This document shows, piece by piece, positions 1 to 11,689 of a stretch of DNA of 64,000 bases. The notes under the pieces were generated by a model that made no database searches, had not been told where the DNA came from, and worked only from the letters and a program-made list of their open reading frames with translations. The stretch covers positions 155,806,001 to 155,870,000 of the forward strand of contig OX597816.1 of the NCBI GenBank assembly GCA_951406725.2. The letters run 5' to 3'. Source of the DNA: Octopus vulgaris. Its lineage: Eukaryota. Each line of letters starts with the position of its first letter. The first letter of the stretch is position 1. A program made the position numbers and the translations under genes.

Positions 1-50
1 TATATATATATTATATATTTAAATGTATAATATATATATATATATATAGT

Positions 51-297
51 AGGAGGAGACCCCCTTCGGTCGTGAATGACCATGGGATTGACCCTAGAAA
101 GTTACCCTCTGAGCCACAAGTCCAGGCAAGGTTGTTTTTGGAAGGCCAGCAGTCGTCCATGCATACCAGCTTCCCCTCTTCACACTACTGATGTTATCCA
201 AGGGAAAGGCAAAGGCCAATACAGCTTGGCACCAGTGATATCGCAACTCATTTCTACAGCTGAGTGACCTGGAGCAACGTGGAATAAAGTGTCTTCC
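51..297 (-). mobile_element. SINE-like repeat fragment (family C)
   Basis: Shares the segment agctgagtga-ctggagcaacgtg-aataaagtgt with the tRNA-headed copy near 60010. Confidence 0.5.
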
Positions 298-1364
298 AGA
301 AGTGAGCTATGGAACTTTTTTCTGTATGTCTCACCTTCAGCTTAAGCTAATTCTTTCATTTTCATCTTTTGCATCTCTTTGATTTCCAGTCACATTTTAC
401 CATCCATTTCAAGCCTATATTTGATGGTAATCATGATGATTGATTGCTACAATCAAAATGAAGATCCTGACACTGAAGATTTTTCTTTTGGCAGCACTTG
501 ATGTCTGCTGTTGTTGTTGCTAAGTCTACTTTTGTCTTCCCACCCACTTTTTCTCTACTTTTCTTGTTTCTCTGGACATGAAGCACAGAGGTGGCTCTTA
601 CTGTCTCATGTACAGCAACTGAACTGAACTCTGTACTGTAGCATCAGACAAAATGCCTTCCTTTCTTTTGCTGCCAAAACAATGTGGTACAGTTCTGGAA
701 TCATTTTGCAGTATTTAGGAATGGAGGAGGTGAGGACTGGCATAGGAATTCGTATATGCATATAGTCACACCAACACATTATTTCTGTCAGCTCTGCACT
801 TATCCCTTGTGCCATAAATGTAATGATAAACTGAAGATCAGTGTCTAAAACAATGGGTTTGATTGTACTCTTTGTGTTGTGCCTTCTCAAACCCTGCAGC
901 ATGAGGCAGCAGGCAAATGTGTGATGCACTACCTCCATTCATCACTTAAATTTATCATTGGTCTCAAAGACTGAATTCATACACCTATACGACTCTACCT
1001 TGGTTAATAGAGCAAATGTCATTTCACATACATTGGGCTGACCTTCCTTCAAGTGTGCCTTTGGAGGCCTAAGAAAGCCATCTCTGTATTTAAATGTATT
1101 TCTTGAACCAGAGGAGGGTATGTCTTTTCTCTTCTTAGAGCTGGCCTATACAGGGTGATTAGTAATGCTAGCAAAACAGTTACTATTGCATTTACTATTA
1201 ATTTTATTTGAAATATTGATGCTTCCTTTTTGTTTACATTTGTAGAAGCACAAATATTTGCTGTGTTTGCTTGTTCAAGTATATTCACTTTTTTCCCCAA
1301 TATCTGACAATGCAATGCAAGGAGAGAAACAACAAAATGTTGAGTGAATGAATGAGATAATAAT

Positions 1365-1975
1365 AACTGGCACAGAAAGAATACAAGAAAAGAGTTACTC
1401 ATATAGTAAGTGAATATAGCATGCTGGCACAGCAGACATACATGAAAAGACATAACAAAGAAGGGAAAGTAATCCACTGGGAGATATGTAGAAAGTTAGG
1501 ATTTGGCCATACTAATAAATGGTATGAACATGAACCTACTAAAGTACAAGAAAGTAAGAAATATAAGATATCATGGGACTTTAACATACAGACTGAGAGA
1601 GTAATAGAAGCTAGGAGGTCTGATTTAGTAGTAGTAGATAAAGAGAATAGAAAGTGCCAGATAATTGACTTTGCAGTCCCAAATGATAAGAAAATCAAAA
1701 TGAGAGCTATAGAAAAAATAGCAAAGTACCAGAACCTAGCCATAAGACTATGGAAAGTGCAGATAAAATGTATCCCAGTAGTTATAGGTGCATTGGGAAC
1801 TATCCCTAAAGATTTGAACAGCTGGATAGAGGAAATAAGCGTAAACCCAGTTTAGTACAGCTCCAGAAAACAATGTTATTAAGGACAACTAGGATACTTA
1901 GAAGGGTTCTTGGAATCTAAGGTTACTTGTTGTAACTTGATGCTAGGAATTTCTCTTTTCCAACAGTCTAATATA
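1365..1975 (+). mobile_element. R4/Dong-like non-LTR retrotransposon 3' end (restriction-like endonuclease)
   Basis: ORF 1421-1855: RHN..IHWEIC..KWYEHEP..WDFNIQTERVIEARRSDLVVVDK..IIDFAVP..EKIAKY..IPVVIGALG. Followed by a (TAA/TGA)n tract. Confidence 0.8.
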
Positions 1976-2101
1976 TGTATATGAAGAGTGATGATAATAA
2001 TAATAATGATAATAATAATAAAAATGATAATGATAATAATAATGATAATAATAAAAGATGTATGTCAGTTCTCTCTTTCTTGATCATTCTGCAGTTAAAA
2101 A

Positions 2102-2316
2102 ATGAAGAGGTTGCCACAAGACATTATTCCGCCACTTACTTTCCTGTGCATTTTGGTGACACTATGTCATTGTGAAGAAACGACAGAACCCCTTGAGAAT
2201 GTGAAAATTGAAATATTAAAGGTATCTGAAAATTGCAAAAGGACAGTGAAACGAGGGGACATGTTAAAGGTGAATTATAAAGGATACTTGGAGAATGGAA
2301 AAGTTTTTGATGATTC
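2102..2316 (+). CDS. FKBP14: FKBP14/FKBP7-like ER peptidyl-prolyl isomerase, coding exon 1 (signal peptide + start of FKBP domain)
   Basis: ATG at 2102, hydrophobic signal peptide (LTFLCILVTLCHC), then CKRTVKRGDMLKVNYKGYLENGKVFDDS. Donor TC|GTAAGA at 2317. A pyrimidine tract + CAG acceptor at 2091-2094 implies a 5' UTR exon further upstream. Confidence 0.93.
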
Positions 2317-3317
2317 GTAAGATTCGTGTTTTTTATTCATTCAGTCTTCATTCTTTCTTTCTATTTTCTTTCTTTATATCATCCTTTCTGTCTTTCTATG
2401 TATATATTATCCAGTTTATCTGTATGTCTCATGAGACAATGGATCTGCACCCAAAATGGTGAAAAATGTTTCATTTATGTGTGTATGTGATTACATGTGT
2501 GTGTGTGATTGCATCAGTGTAAGACCAATAGTTTTTATACTCTAAAAGTCATCCCTCTCCACACCATTGATGTTGTCCCAGGGTGGGACAAGGATGAGTA
2601 TAACATAGCTCTAGTGTAATGGCAAGTGTTATCATCTCAATAGAAAAGAGAAAAATAAGAAAAAAAATGACTGGAATTGCTATTGGAAGGTATGCTGTGC
2701 AATACTCTTATAGTTTATTTGAAAAACTTCAAACAGTTACTTAGTATTTTTGACTCTGAAAGGATGAAAAGTGAAGTTGGTTTCTTTGCAGAATTTAAAT
2801 TCAGAGTGCAGAGACCTGGTAAATGTATCATAGGCTATTCTATCCAATATTTTAATGCTTCTTGAATTCACCAGCTTTTTTATATGTAAAATTATTATGA
2901 AAGTATTTCGTATTTGGATTTGGTTTGCAAGATTCTTTATGTGAGTTCATGTGTTAAATTATAAGGCACAAAAGAGAATGATTCTTCCCAGATACAACAG
3001 AATATTATGAAAATTTTGTGGAGAAAAAAACTGCAATAAAGTGCCAGATAAATTGCCCTCCTGTACATAGTTACATAACTTTATGATTGACTATAAAGTG
3101 GTTGGAGTTGATATTGTCTTTCATCCTTCAAGGGTCTGTGAAATATGGACCATGCCAAAGAACATAATTAAAGGATCTGGTACCTCGTTTATGCCAAACA
3201 TTCTGTATTTAACTTTATGGTGAAGTTAGACATTATGGTGTTGTTTAAGAAAGAATTGGCTGCTACTTCTAGCTGATCAAGAAAGTTTGCAAGGGTTTTG
3301 ACTTTATTGTCTTATTC

Positions 3318-3362
<45 letters not shown>

Positions 3363-4787
3363 CGCATGTGTGTGTGAGTGTCTGTGTGCTTGTGTGTGTG
3401 TGTGCTTGCTTGTGTGTGTTTATTTCCATGGTGACACAGTTGTGATTTCCTGTATGTTGGCAATGGGCACTTCTGATTGGTGAAAATTACATAAGTTTAA
3501 ATACATTTTTATAATTAATTTCTAGTGAAAATGAATGTGATTTTTGTCCTCAGAATGCAAAACTTCCTCAAAATATTTGAAAATATTTGGGGGTCATTTC
3601 AGAAAATTTTAATGGTTTGAAAGAATCTATCAAGGTCAGAATATCTTTTACAAGCATATGCATGTCAAATAACACATACATACAATGCTATCATCAGTAG
3701 GCTCATAGAGTACTGTACAAAATGAATGAATTCATACACTCTGATTATCTAAATTAACACTAGAACATTTCATGACCAACTGAAAAGTTGCAATATATGT
3801 GTGCATTTTCTGCATGTGCATGCATGTATGTATATTGTACACACAAAAGCATACACATATACATGCACACACACACACATATATATAATATACACATATA
3901 GTGACATATGCACATATCATAATACACATGTGTGCACATGTGTGTGTACATATAAATATGTCTGTCTGTCTATCTACCTATCTAGTTATATAGATACATG
4001 TGTGTGTGTATGTGAATATATGTTTGTAAGTCTTTGTCTGTGTGTGTGTGTGTGTGTGGCACCTTGGGCAAGTGTCTTCTACTATAGCTTCGGGCCAACT
4101 TAGATGTAGGTGGATTTGGTAGACGGAAACTGAAAGAAGGTCATTGTATATATATCTCTTATTATAAAAGGCAGATTTTATCTGCCTCCCTTTGTCTCTT
4201 ATAGAAATCTACAATATAGGATTTCTTCAATTACAATTTACCTAGCATTTTTAAGAGTAGAATACATTGGTCGTGCCAGGTACAGTTTTTCAAATTTCAC
4301 CCCCAATTAAGCAAAATTTCGAGAAAACTCACATTGTGGTGTGTAAGTGAAGTGCTTTTCTTAGTGTGGGCTACAGGACACACACACACACACACAAATG
4401 GAGCGAAATGCTTCACTCATGCTATCACCCTAATTTCTCCTCCTTTCTCTTTGCAAGTGTGCAACGATTAAAGTGAAAGTATTTATATAAAACGAGAGAA
4501 GTGTACCTTAAACCACTACTAAAAAAAAAAACAACACAGCAAACAGAAACAAATAAATACATAACGATTTACTCCTCACACAATTTCTTCAATTAGGGTT
4601 TACCTATGATTTTTCAAAGTACTTTCATTCGGTCATGGCATACAAAATTTCTTTCAATTTCACTCCCATTTCAGAAAAAATTCGAGAAAACTAAATATTT
4701 TACCATTTCACTCTTTCACTCTGCATATTACTCCCACTTCATGTTTACACACATAGACACGCAAATATATAAATAAAATTGTAAGCT

Positions 4788-4840
<53 letters not shown>

Positions 4841-5168
4841 GTGTGAGTGTGTGTGTGTGTGTGAGGGTTCGTGTGTGTCTGTGTGTGTGTGTGTGCGTGT
4901 GTGTGAGTGTGTGACAGGGATGAGCCAGTCAGACTGGTCATCCTTTTTGCTAGAAGATCACCTATGGTCTTATATGCTACACCACTGGTTTTCAGTTCAT
5001 ATTAATCAAATTAATATTCACAACAAGAAGGACTATTCATTATAATACATCAGTTCCACACATTTACCCTGGTTCCATTTCGGACAACTGCACAAACATT
5101 TGCCATTTCACACATGTATGTAAACAAATTCCTTTCTTAAAAATTTCAATTCATTTTCTTTTTCAATT

Positions 5169-5856
5169 CATACAAAGTTTTTTAGGACGAATATAAGATC
5201 TAAAGTATATCTAAGTAGCAGAAAGATCGCCCAAAAGTGTATATAGATATTTAAATGTATTTATATATTCATCTATACACAGATGTATGTATAATGTGTG
5301 TGTATATATTTCCATAGAGGTAACCTTTCACTCCATACAAAGTTATTTAGGACGAATATAAGATCTAAAGTATATCCAAGTAGCAGAGAGATCGCCCAAA
5401 TGTGTATATAGATATTTAAATGTATTTATATATTCATCTATACACAGATGTATGTATAATGTGTGTGTATATATTTCCATAGACGTAACCATTCACTCCG
5501 CACAAAGTTTTTTAGGACGAAAATAAGATCTAAAGTTATCTCTAAGTAGCACAAAGATCGCCCAAAAGTGTATATAGATATATAAATGTATTTATATATT
5601 CATCTATGCACAGATGTATGTATAATGTGTGTGTATATATTTCCATAGAGGTAACCATTCACTCCATACAAAGTTTTTTAGGACGAAAATAAGATCTAAA
5701 GTTATCTCTAAGAAACAGAAAGATCGCCCAAAAGTGTATATAGATATATAAATGTATTTATATATTCATCTATACACACATGTATGTATAATGTGCGTGT
5801 ATATATTTCCATAGAGGTAACCATTCAATCCATACAAAGTTTTTTAGGACGAAAAT
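5169..5856. repeat. Tandem minisatellite, ~165-166 bp unit, 4 copies plus a partial copy
   Basis: Unit start catacaaagttttttaggacga recurs at ~5169, 5334, 5499, 5665 and 5831. Confidence 0.9.
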
Positions 5857-6102
5857 ATTTATATATAAAAGAAAGGTTGTGTCTCTGTCTACTCCGATTT
5901 AGTTTCCTAACTACTCCCACATTTTTCGATGCAGTTTAACCAAACCGGGTATCTTATAGTCGTGATTCATATCGAGCCCTTCTGCATATTAGCGCGCGTC
6001 TACAATGAGTCTACGATTTTACAAATAATTTACCATCATTTTTTGCATTTTAATGCATATTTCTTTAAATAAAGGGAAGTAACTCTCAAACTTCACACCA
6101 AT

Positions 6103-6624
6103 ATGCGTGCTCATATGCGACGTAATATCACATCAGCAGCATTTCCTCACACCCTCCTTGCACTTGGCGAAGGCAAAATACCAGGGGATGAAAATGGTAA
6201 TATTGCCATCGATTCCATTTGTACCATTGTTAAGACACCTTCTGATCTCAGAGATGCAGTGTTCCCAGATCTACAAGCTAATTATCAGAATATGGATTGG
6301 ATTGGCAAAAAGGCTATACTGGCCCCGAGGAATAAAACTGTTCACCATATTAATGATGAAATGCCAAAACTCATTCCTGGGGAAGTCTATGTATATCAGT
6401 CTATCGATACAACTCCTGACCCAGAGGACGTCATCAACTATCCAATAGAGGTACTCAATTCCTTTGAGCACCCCGGACTACCACCACACTTTCTCAAACT
6501 TAAAGTTGGTGCCCCTATAATGCTCATCAGAAATTTGGTTCCCCCAAAACAATGCAATGGCACATGTTTGATTGTTAAGTCCTTATCTCCCACCGTAAAC
6601 TTATATCAATATTTGCCTGAATAA
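6103..6624 (+). pseudogene. Helitron Rep/helicase (PIF1-like) fragment
   Basis: 173-aa ORF covering the central part of a PIF1-type helicase. No Rep domain and no N-terminal helicase motifs. Confidence 0.85.
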
Positions 6625-6713
6625 TCATCATAATTCAGTGCAATCATTAACAGTACTTTCAAGCAATTCAGTCCCGAGCAACGCCGGGCAATTCTGCTAG
6701 TATATATATACAC

Positions 6714-6768
<55 letters not shown>

Positions 6769-7013
6769 TGTGTGCGTGCATGTATCTGTGGTATGTTTGT
6801 GTGATTGTGTTTGTTCCCCCACAATCAGTTGACAACAAATGTTGGTGTGTTTACATCCCCATAACTTAGTGGTTCAGCAAAAGAGACTGATAGAATAAGT
6901 ACTAGGCTTGCAAAGAATAAGTCTTGGAGTTCATTTGTTTGACTAAAGGTGGCACTCCGGCATGGCTGTAGTCAAATGAATGAAACAAATAAAAGAATAT
7001 ATTTACATACATA

Positions 7014-7047
<34 letters not shown>

Positions 7048-7428
7048 TAAATATATATATATATATGTGTGTGTGTGTATGTATGTATGTACACACACAT
7101 ATATATAGTACATATATATATATGTACTATATATATGTGATCTCTTGAGCACCACCAGCTCAAATATTTTCTCCTCTGTCTTCCCTCCTTGGGATCTTTC
7201 CTTCTCCTTGTTTCCAACGAAGAGCTCCGCTCGAAACGTTAAACCCTCCTTCCCTTCTTTCCTGAGCGTCAATAATACTTTAATTGTTCCACGTCCTGCG
7301 TTGCTGTGTTTTTTTCTCCTTTTTTCTCTTTTTTTCTCTTTTTTTCTCTTTTTTTTCTCTTTTTTTCTGTGTTTTCTTGTTTGGATTAACTTTATATATA
7401 TATATATATAGATAGACAGATAGATAGA

Positions 7429-8056
7429 TATGTGTGATATAAATCCATGAGTGTAAGAACAGGAGTAACTCTGAGCGTTGTTAGTAGATTGGTACTTGTT
7501 TTACTTGTTCTGTTAACCGGTGCTCATAGCAATGAAAGCAGATAGACAGACAGATAGATAGATAGACAGATAGATAGATATGTGTGATATAAATCCATGA
7601 GTGTAAGAACAGGGAGTAACTCTGAGCGTTGTTAGTAGATTGGTACTTGTTTTACTTGTTCTGTTAACCGGTGCTCATAGCAATGAAAGCAGATAGACAG
7701 ACAGATAGATAGATAGACAGATAGATAGATAGACAGATAGATAGATATGTGTGATATAAATCCATGAGTGTAGGTGGATTTTTAGTACTGACGTGTAAGA
7801 ACAGGAGTAACTCTGAGCGTTGTTAGTAGATTGGTACTTGTTTTACTTGTTCTGTTGACCAGAGCTCATAGTAATGAAAGCAGATAGACAGACAGATAGA
7901 TAGATAGACAGATAGATAGATATGTGTGATATAAATCCATGAGTGTAGGTGGATTTTTAGTACTGACGTGTAAGAACAGGAGTAACTCTGAGCGTTGTTA
8001 GTAGATTGGTACTTGTTTTACTTGTTCTGCTGAGGTGCTCATAGCAATGAAAGCAA
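7429..8056. repeat. Tandem repeat, 4 units of ~150-175 bp separated by (GATA/GACA)n
   Basis: The unit gatatgtgtgatataaatccatgagtgta...ctcatagcaatgaaagca starts at ~7429, 7578, 7745 and 7919. Confidence 0.9.
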
Positions 8057-8639
8057 CATTTATTTTTTCACTGTCTTTTGTAACTGATTTTATCTCTGAG
8101 AAAACTATTCCCATATTCAGAGTTGAGTCCAACCCATACTAGCATGGACAAGGAACATAAAATTTCGATGATGATGATGTTGATTATGATGATGATGATG
8201 ATAATAATGATGTGCCTTTGTATCAATGCAAGAAAAGAAACCATTTATATGTATAAACACACACACACACATGTTGTTGCTTCACTGTTCAATCAATGAC
8301 AGTAACAGGTTCTCACTTTCACACGCAAATTTTACAAAAGCAAATCGTAAAGACATTCAATGGAAAGTGTTGGAAACCAGAGTGAACATTATGTTAGATT
8401 TTCAGACACTGCTGAAAATATCCCAATAGTTTCTCGTTTTGAAATAGTTGCTTATAGGCATAAGAACGAATTATTTGCAGAATGGATTTATTAAAACTAG
8501 GGCCTGAATGTAACCAAGTCAGTGAACACATCTGCAAAGAAACCAATATAAATTTACATGAATGTTCACAGATTTGTAGCTTGGTAGTTTGATATAATGC
8601 TGGGGGGGCTCTTTACTGAAATACACCTGACTACTAAAC

Positions 8640-8685
<46 letters not shown>

Positions 8686-8976
8686 TTTCAGTGCAGATGG
8701 TTTTTTCAAACGGCACTGTTTTTACCATCTTGTAAATAATAATATTGGTATTTTTATATGAGCTTAAAGCTTATGGCGATCACTGTGCAATGATTAATGA
8801 AAATAGTCTAATAAAGGGGCATGTAAGCCCTCGCCAGAAAAAAAGTCTTTCCTATCAGTGTGGGAGTCGAACCCACATCCCTTTGTTAACGTGACTAAAT
8901 GTGTTACTTTTAAACCAGTGAATCAGACTCCCTTTTCCTGTCAAATTTAAAACTATAACAAATTAACAACTATAAT

Positions 8977-9217
8977 GGGCATATGGTGTAGTGGTTAAGA
9001 GCACAGGCTACTAGCCCCAAGATTCTGAGTTTGATTCCAGGCAATAATAATAACAATAATAATAATAACATCGAAAAATACCTTAGGAATGAGAATCCAG
9101 GTTTGAAATTTCCTCAAGACACCTGATGAAGGCTGGAGGGTATATCAGCCGAAACATTGTGTTAACAACAAGCAAGATGAGGACAGATAGCTGTCAAATG
9201 TAAATAATGTAAATAAT
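8977..9217 (+). mobile_element. tRNA-headed short element with a hammerhead-ribozyme-like tail
   Basis: A-box TGGTGTAGTGGTTAAG, B-box-like GAGTTTGATTCC, then (AAT)n, then a hammerhead motif at 9118-9163. Confidence 0.55.
9118..9163 (+). ncRNA. Minimal type I hammerhead ribozyme motif
   Basis: GACAC-CTGATGA-A-GGCTG(loop)CAGCC-GAAAC-ATT-GTGTT: canonical CUGAUGA/GAAA core, 5-bp helix II, helix I GACAC/GTGTT. Confidence 0.6.
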
Positions 9218-9371
9218 CTATATAACAATTTGTGTGGGGTTTTTTCTATATGTAAACAAACATTCTGTTTGCATCAAATAAAACATCCTACACTTAGATG
9301 CATACCATGTAGTGATCATTTGGATACCTCTAGATATCCTTGTTGCTTATCTTGATATATATATATATATA

Positions 9372-9793
9372 TGACAGGCACCCATGCCAACCCCCTTTGC
9401 TTGTGAAGACATGTTGGGGCAAGCGAAATCGAAATCGAAATCGAATTGAACCAGCCAGGATCCCTGGTCTGGTGGTACGTAAAAAGCACTATCCGACTTG
9501 TGGCCGATGCCAGCGCCGCTCGACTGGCTTCCGTGCCGGTGGCACATAAAATACACCAATCCAACCGTGGCCATTGCCAGCCTCGCCTGGCACCTGTGCA
9601 GGTGGCACGTAAAAAGCACCCACTACACTCACGGAGTGGTTGGCGTTAGGAAGGGCATCCAGCTGTAGAAACATTGCCAGATAAGACTGGAGCCTGGTGC
9701 AGCCTTCTGGCTTCCCAGATCCCCAGTCGAACCGTCCAACCCATGCTAGCATGGAGAACGGACGTTAAACGATGATGATGATGATGATGATGA
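9372..9793 (+). mobile_element. RTE-LINE 3' end fragment or RTE-tailed SINE with (GAT)n tail
   Basis: Collinear with the 3' UTR of the RTE at 21880-22072 (aagcaccca..gaagggcatccagctgtagaaac..aaccgtccaacccatgc..gatgatgat). Retains many CpGs, so probably young. Confidence 0.75.
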
Positions 9794-10280
9794 TATATAT
9801 ATATATATAATCAAATGAATGATAACAGATGTTGGATAATAGTCAGCTTATTACAGCTGTTTCTTACGCATTTTTTAATAGAAGAATGAGAACATTACTT
9901 CATTGCAAAAAAGGAAGTCTGTTGAGGCTTCCTTGACAGTCTTCAACCATGTCCCTGATGTCTTCTTGGGATATTCTTTTGTTTTTGAAATGATGTTTCA
10001 TCTGAGGATTACGTTTTTTTGCAATGAAGTTATTATTCATTTGATTATAATACATCATAGGGATTTATGACAATGTTGGGCCCCCTGAGGTATATCAGCA
10101 ACCTACAGTTAACATAATGTGTGCTTTGAACCAGTCCCTAGGCACTAAATACTCATAGTGTTGGTTTTCTTTGTGTACACAATCTGAATATCCTATTTGA
10201 TATTTATCAACCATAGGCAGTGACCACAGGTTTATCCAGCCCTACCTGGTGCATTTCTTTTCAAGTACCTAATTCTATTT

Positions 10281-10317
<37 letters not shown>

Positions 10318-10336
10318 CATTATTATTATTATTATT

Positions 10337-10885
10337 CTATGTTTGACTTTTGCTTTACATTTGTACAAGTTGGCTCCAAGTCTCACCCAGAGACCTCAAG
10401 AGACAACAAGCTGGAAGTTCATGTTGGTGTTATGCCTAGGGTACCTTATGTTTGGTTTTGTACTTAGTGTTGTACTAGTAAATGTTTAAGAAACCATAAG
10501 AAAATATTGTTTGTTTTAAAACTTGAGATTACATAGTAAGTATTTTGCGTAGGATATGAGCAGTTCCCATGAGCACTATCGTTTGAATTTCTGCCAGTTT
10601 TGGGTTTCCTGGTATCTGAGCTAGGTAGCAATCAGCTCTTTTGCTATCATTCCCAGGGCACCTATGACAACAGGTATTGTTTTAGTCTTCAGGTTCCACA
10701 TTTTGCTAATTTCTATTTCAAGATCTTTATATTTGCTCAGTTTTTGGTAGGTCTTGACAGATACGTTTACATCGATTGGGACAGTCATATCAATGAGGAG
10801 GTATGAGTTTTGTCTGAAGTCTTTTACTATGATGTCTGGCCTATTCGCATCTATCTTTCTGTCAGTTTGAATGGTGAAGAATGAA
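10337..10885 (-). mobile_element. 5'-truncated R4/Dong-like retrotransposon inserted in (TAA)n
   Basis: ORF FTIQTDRKIDANRPDIIVKD..LLIDMTVP..KLSKYKDLEIEISKMW..TIPVVIGALG. (TTA)n arrays on both sides (10283-10336 and 10889-10920). Confidence 0.85.
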
Positions 10886-10888
10886 TGA

Positions 10889-10921
<33 letters not shown>

Positions 10922-10923
10922 AG

Positions 10924-10975
<52 letters not shown>

Positions 10976-11081
10976 TCATCCTAATTCTAATTTTTATTGG
11001 ACACAGAGGTATCTCTCTTCAATTATGCAACTAATTGTATCAAATCAACAGAAAACATCACTATTCTTTCATGTATTTCAG

Positions 11082-11227
11082 AGAAAAACAAAAGGAGCCA
11101 TTTGAGTTTCAAGTAGATGGTGGAACAATGATTAAGGGATGGCAGCTTGGTTTAAAAGGTGCTTGTCGTGGTGAAACACGAAAGCTAATTATCCCTCCAA
11201 AATATGGGTTTGGTGAATATGGAAACC
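11082..11227 (+). CDS. FKBP14: FKBP14-like coding exon 2
   Basis: TTTCAG acceptor, C|GTAAGT donor, 146 nt, phase-compatible with exons 1 and 3. Encodes EKQKEPFEFQVDGGTMIKGWQLGLKGACRGETRKLIIPPKYGFGEYGN (FKBP core). Confidence 0.93.
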
Positions 11228-11689
11228 GTAAGTATTTTCTTCTATCATCAATTAATCTAATTAAATTACAAAAAAAAAAAAAAGAGAAAATGTAATTTAG
11301 GTGTAACATCGATTTTCTTCTAGTATTGAGAGAATATAAACGATGATATTATAGCCTGATAAAGCATCAGATTCTGTTTATGCATAATGTGATAAAGTGT
11401 TCCCATCAAGAACTGTTGTAAATTAGCATCCAATTACATGATGAACACTCACTGCAGAGGATGCAAAATAATGACAATGGTAAAATGTGCATAAGGAAAA
11501 ATGGCATAAACTACATCTTGCATTTATCATACATTTTCGTTTACTTTTTCTGAGTTTTTTACTGTTGATACTTCTAAGTAAAGCAGTAAACAAACTGCCA
11601 TACTGGAAGTTGATTGGATGATGATACTCTGTGTGGAACTCTAAACTCAACAGTTGTACATCTAACTGTATACACAAGAAATACTATAC

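Larger units (their letters stand above)
4155..6700 (+). mobile_element. Non-autonomous Helitron carrying a PIF1-helicase fragment and an internal minisatellite
   Basis: 5' end A|TCTCTTATTATAAAAG. 3' hairpin CCCGAGCAACGCCGGG then CTAG|T (6697-6701). ORF 6103-6624 matches Helitron helicase motifs (AILAPRN, YPIEVLNS, GLPPHFLKLKVGAPIMLIRNL, CNGT). Confidence 0.8.
4056..7000 (+). mobile_element. SINE family A copy split by the Helitron (5' part 4056-4154, 3' part 6701-7000)
   Basis: ggcaccttgggcaagtgtcttctactatagc...gaaactgaaagaag lies before the Helitron. The (TA)/(TG) tract and the tail ...gactaaaggtggcactcc..gaaacaa lie after it. Together they are collinear with intact copies. Confidence 0.8.

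Noticed and set aside
6103-6624. Host PIF1 helicase gene
   Set aside because: Partial, intronless and enclosed by Helitron termini.
7429-8056. CRISPR-like repeat-spacer array
   Set aside because: Eukaryotic context. The spacers are microsatellites rather than unique sequences, and there are no cas genes.
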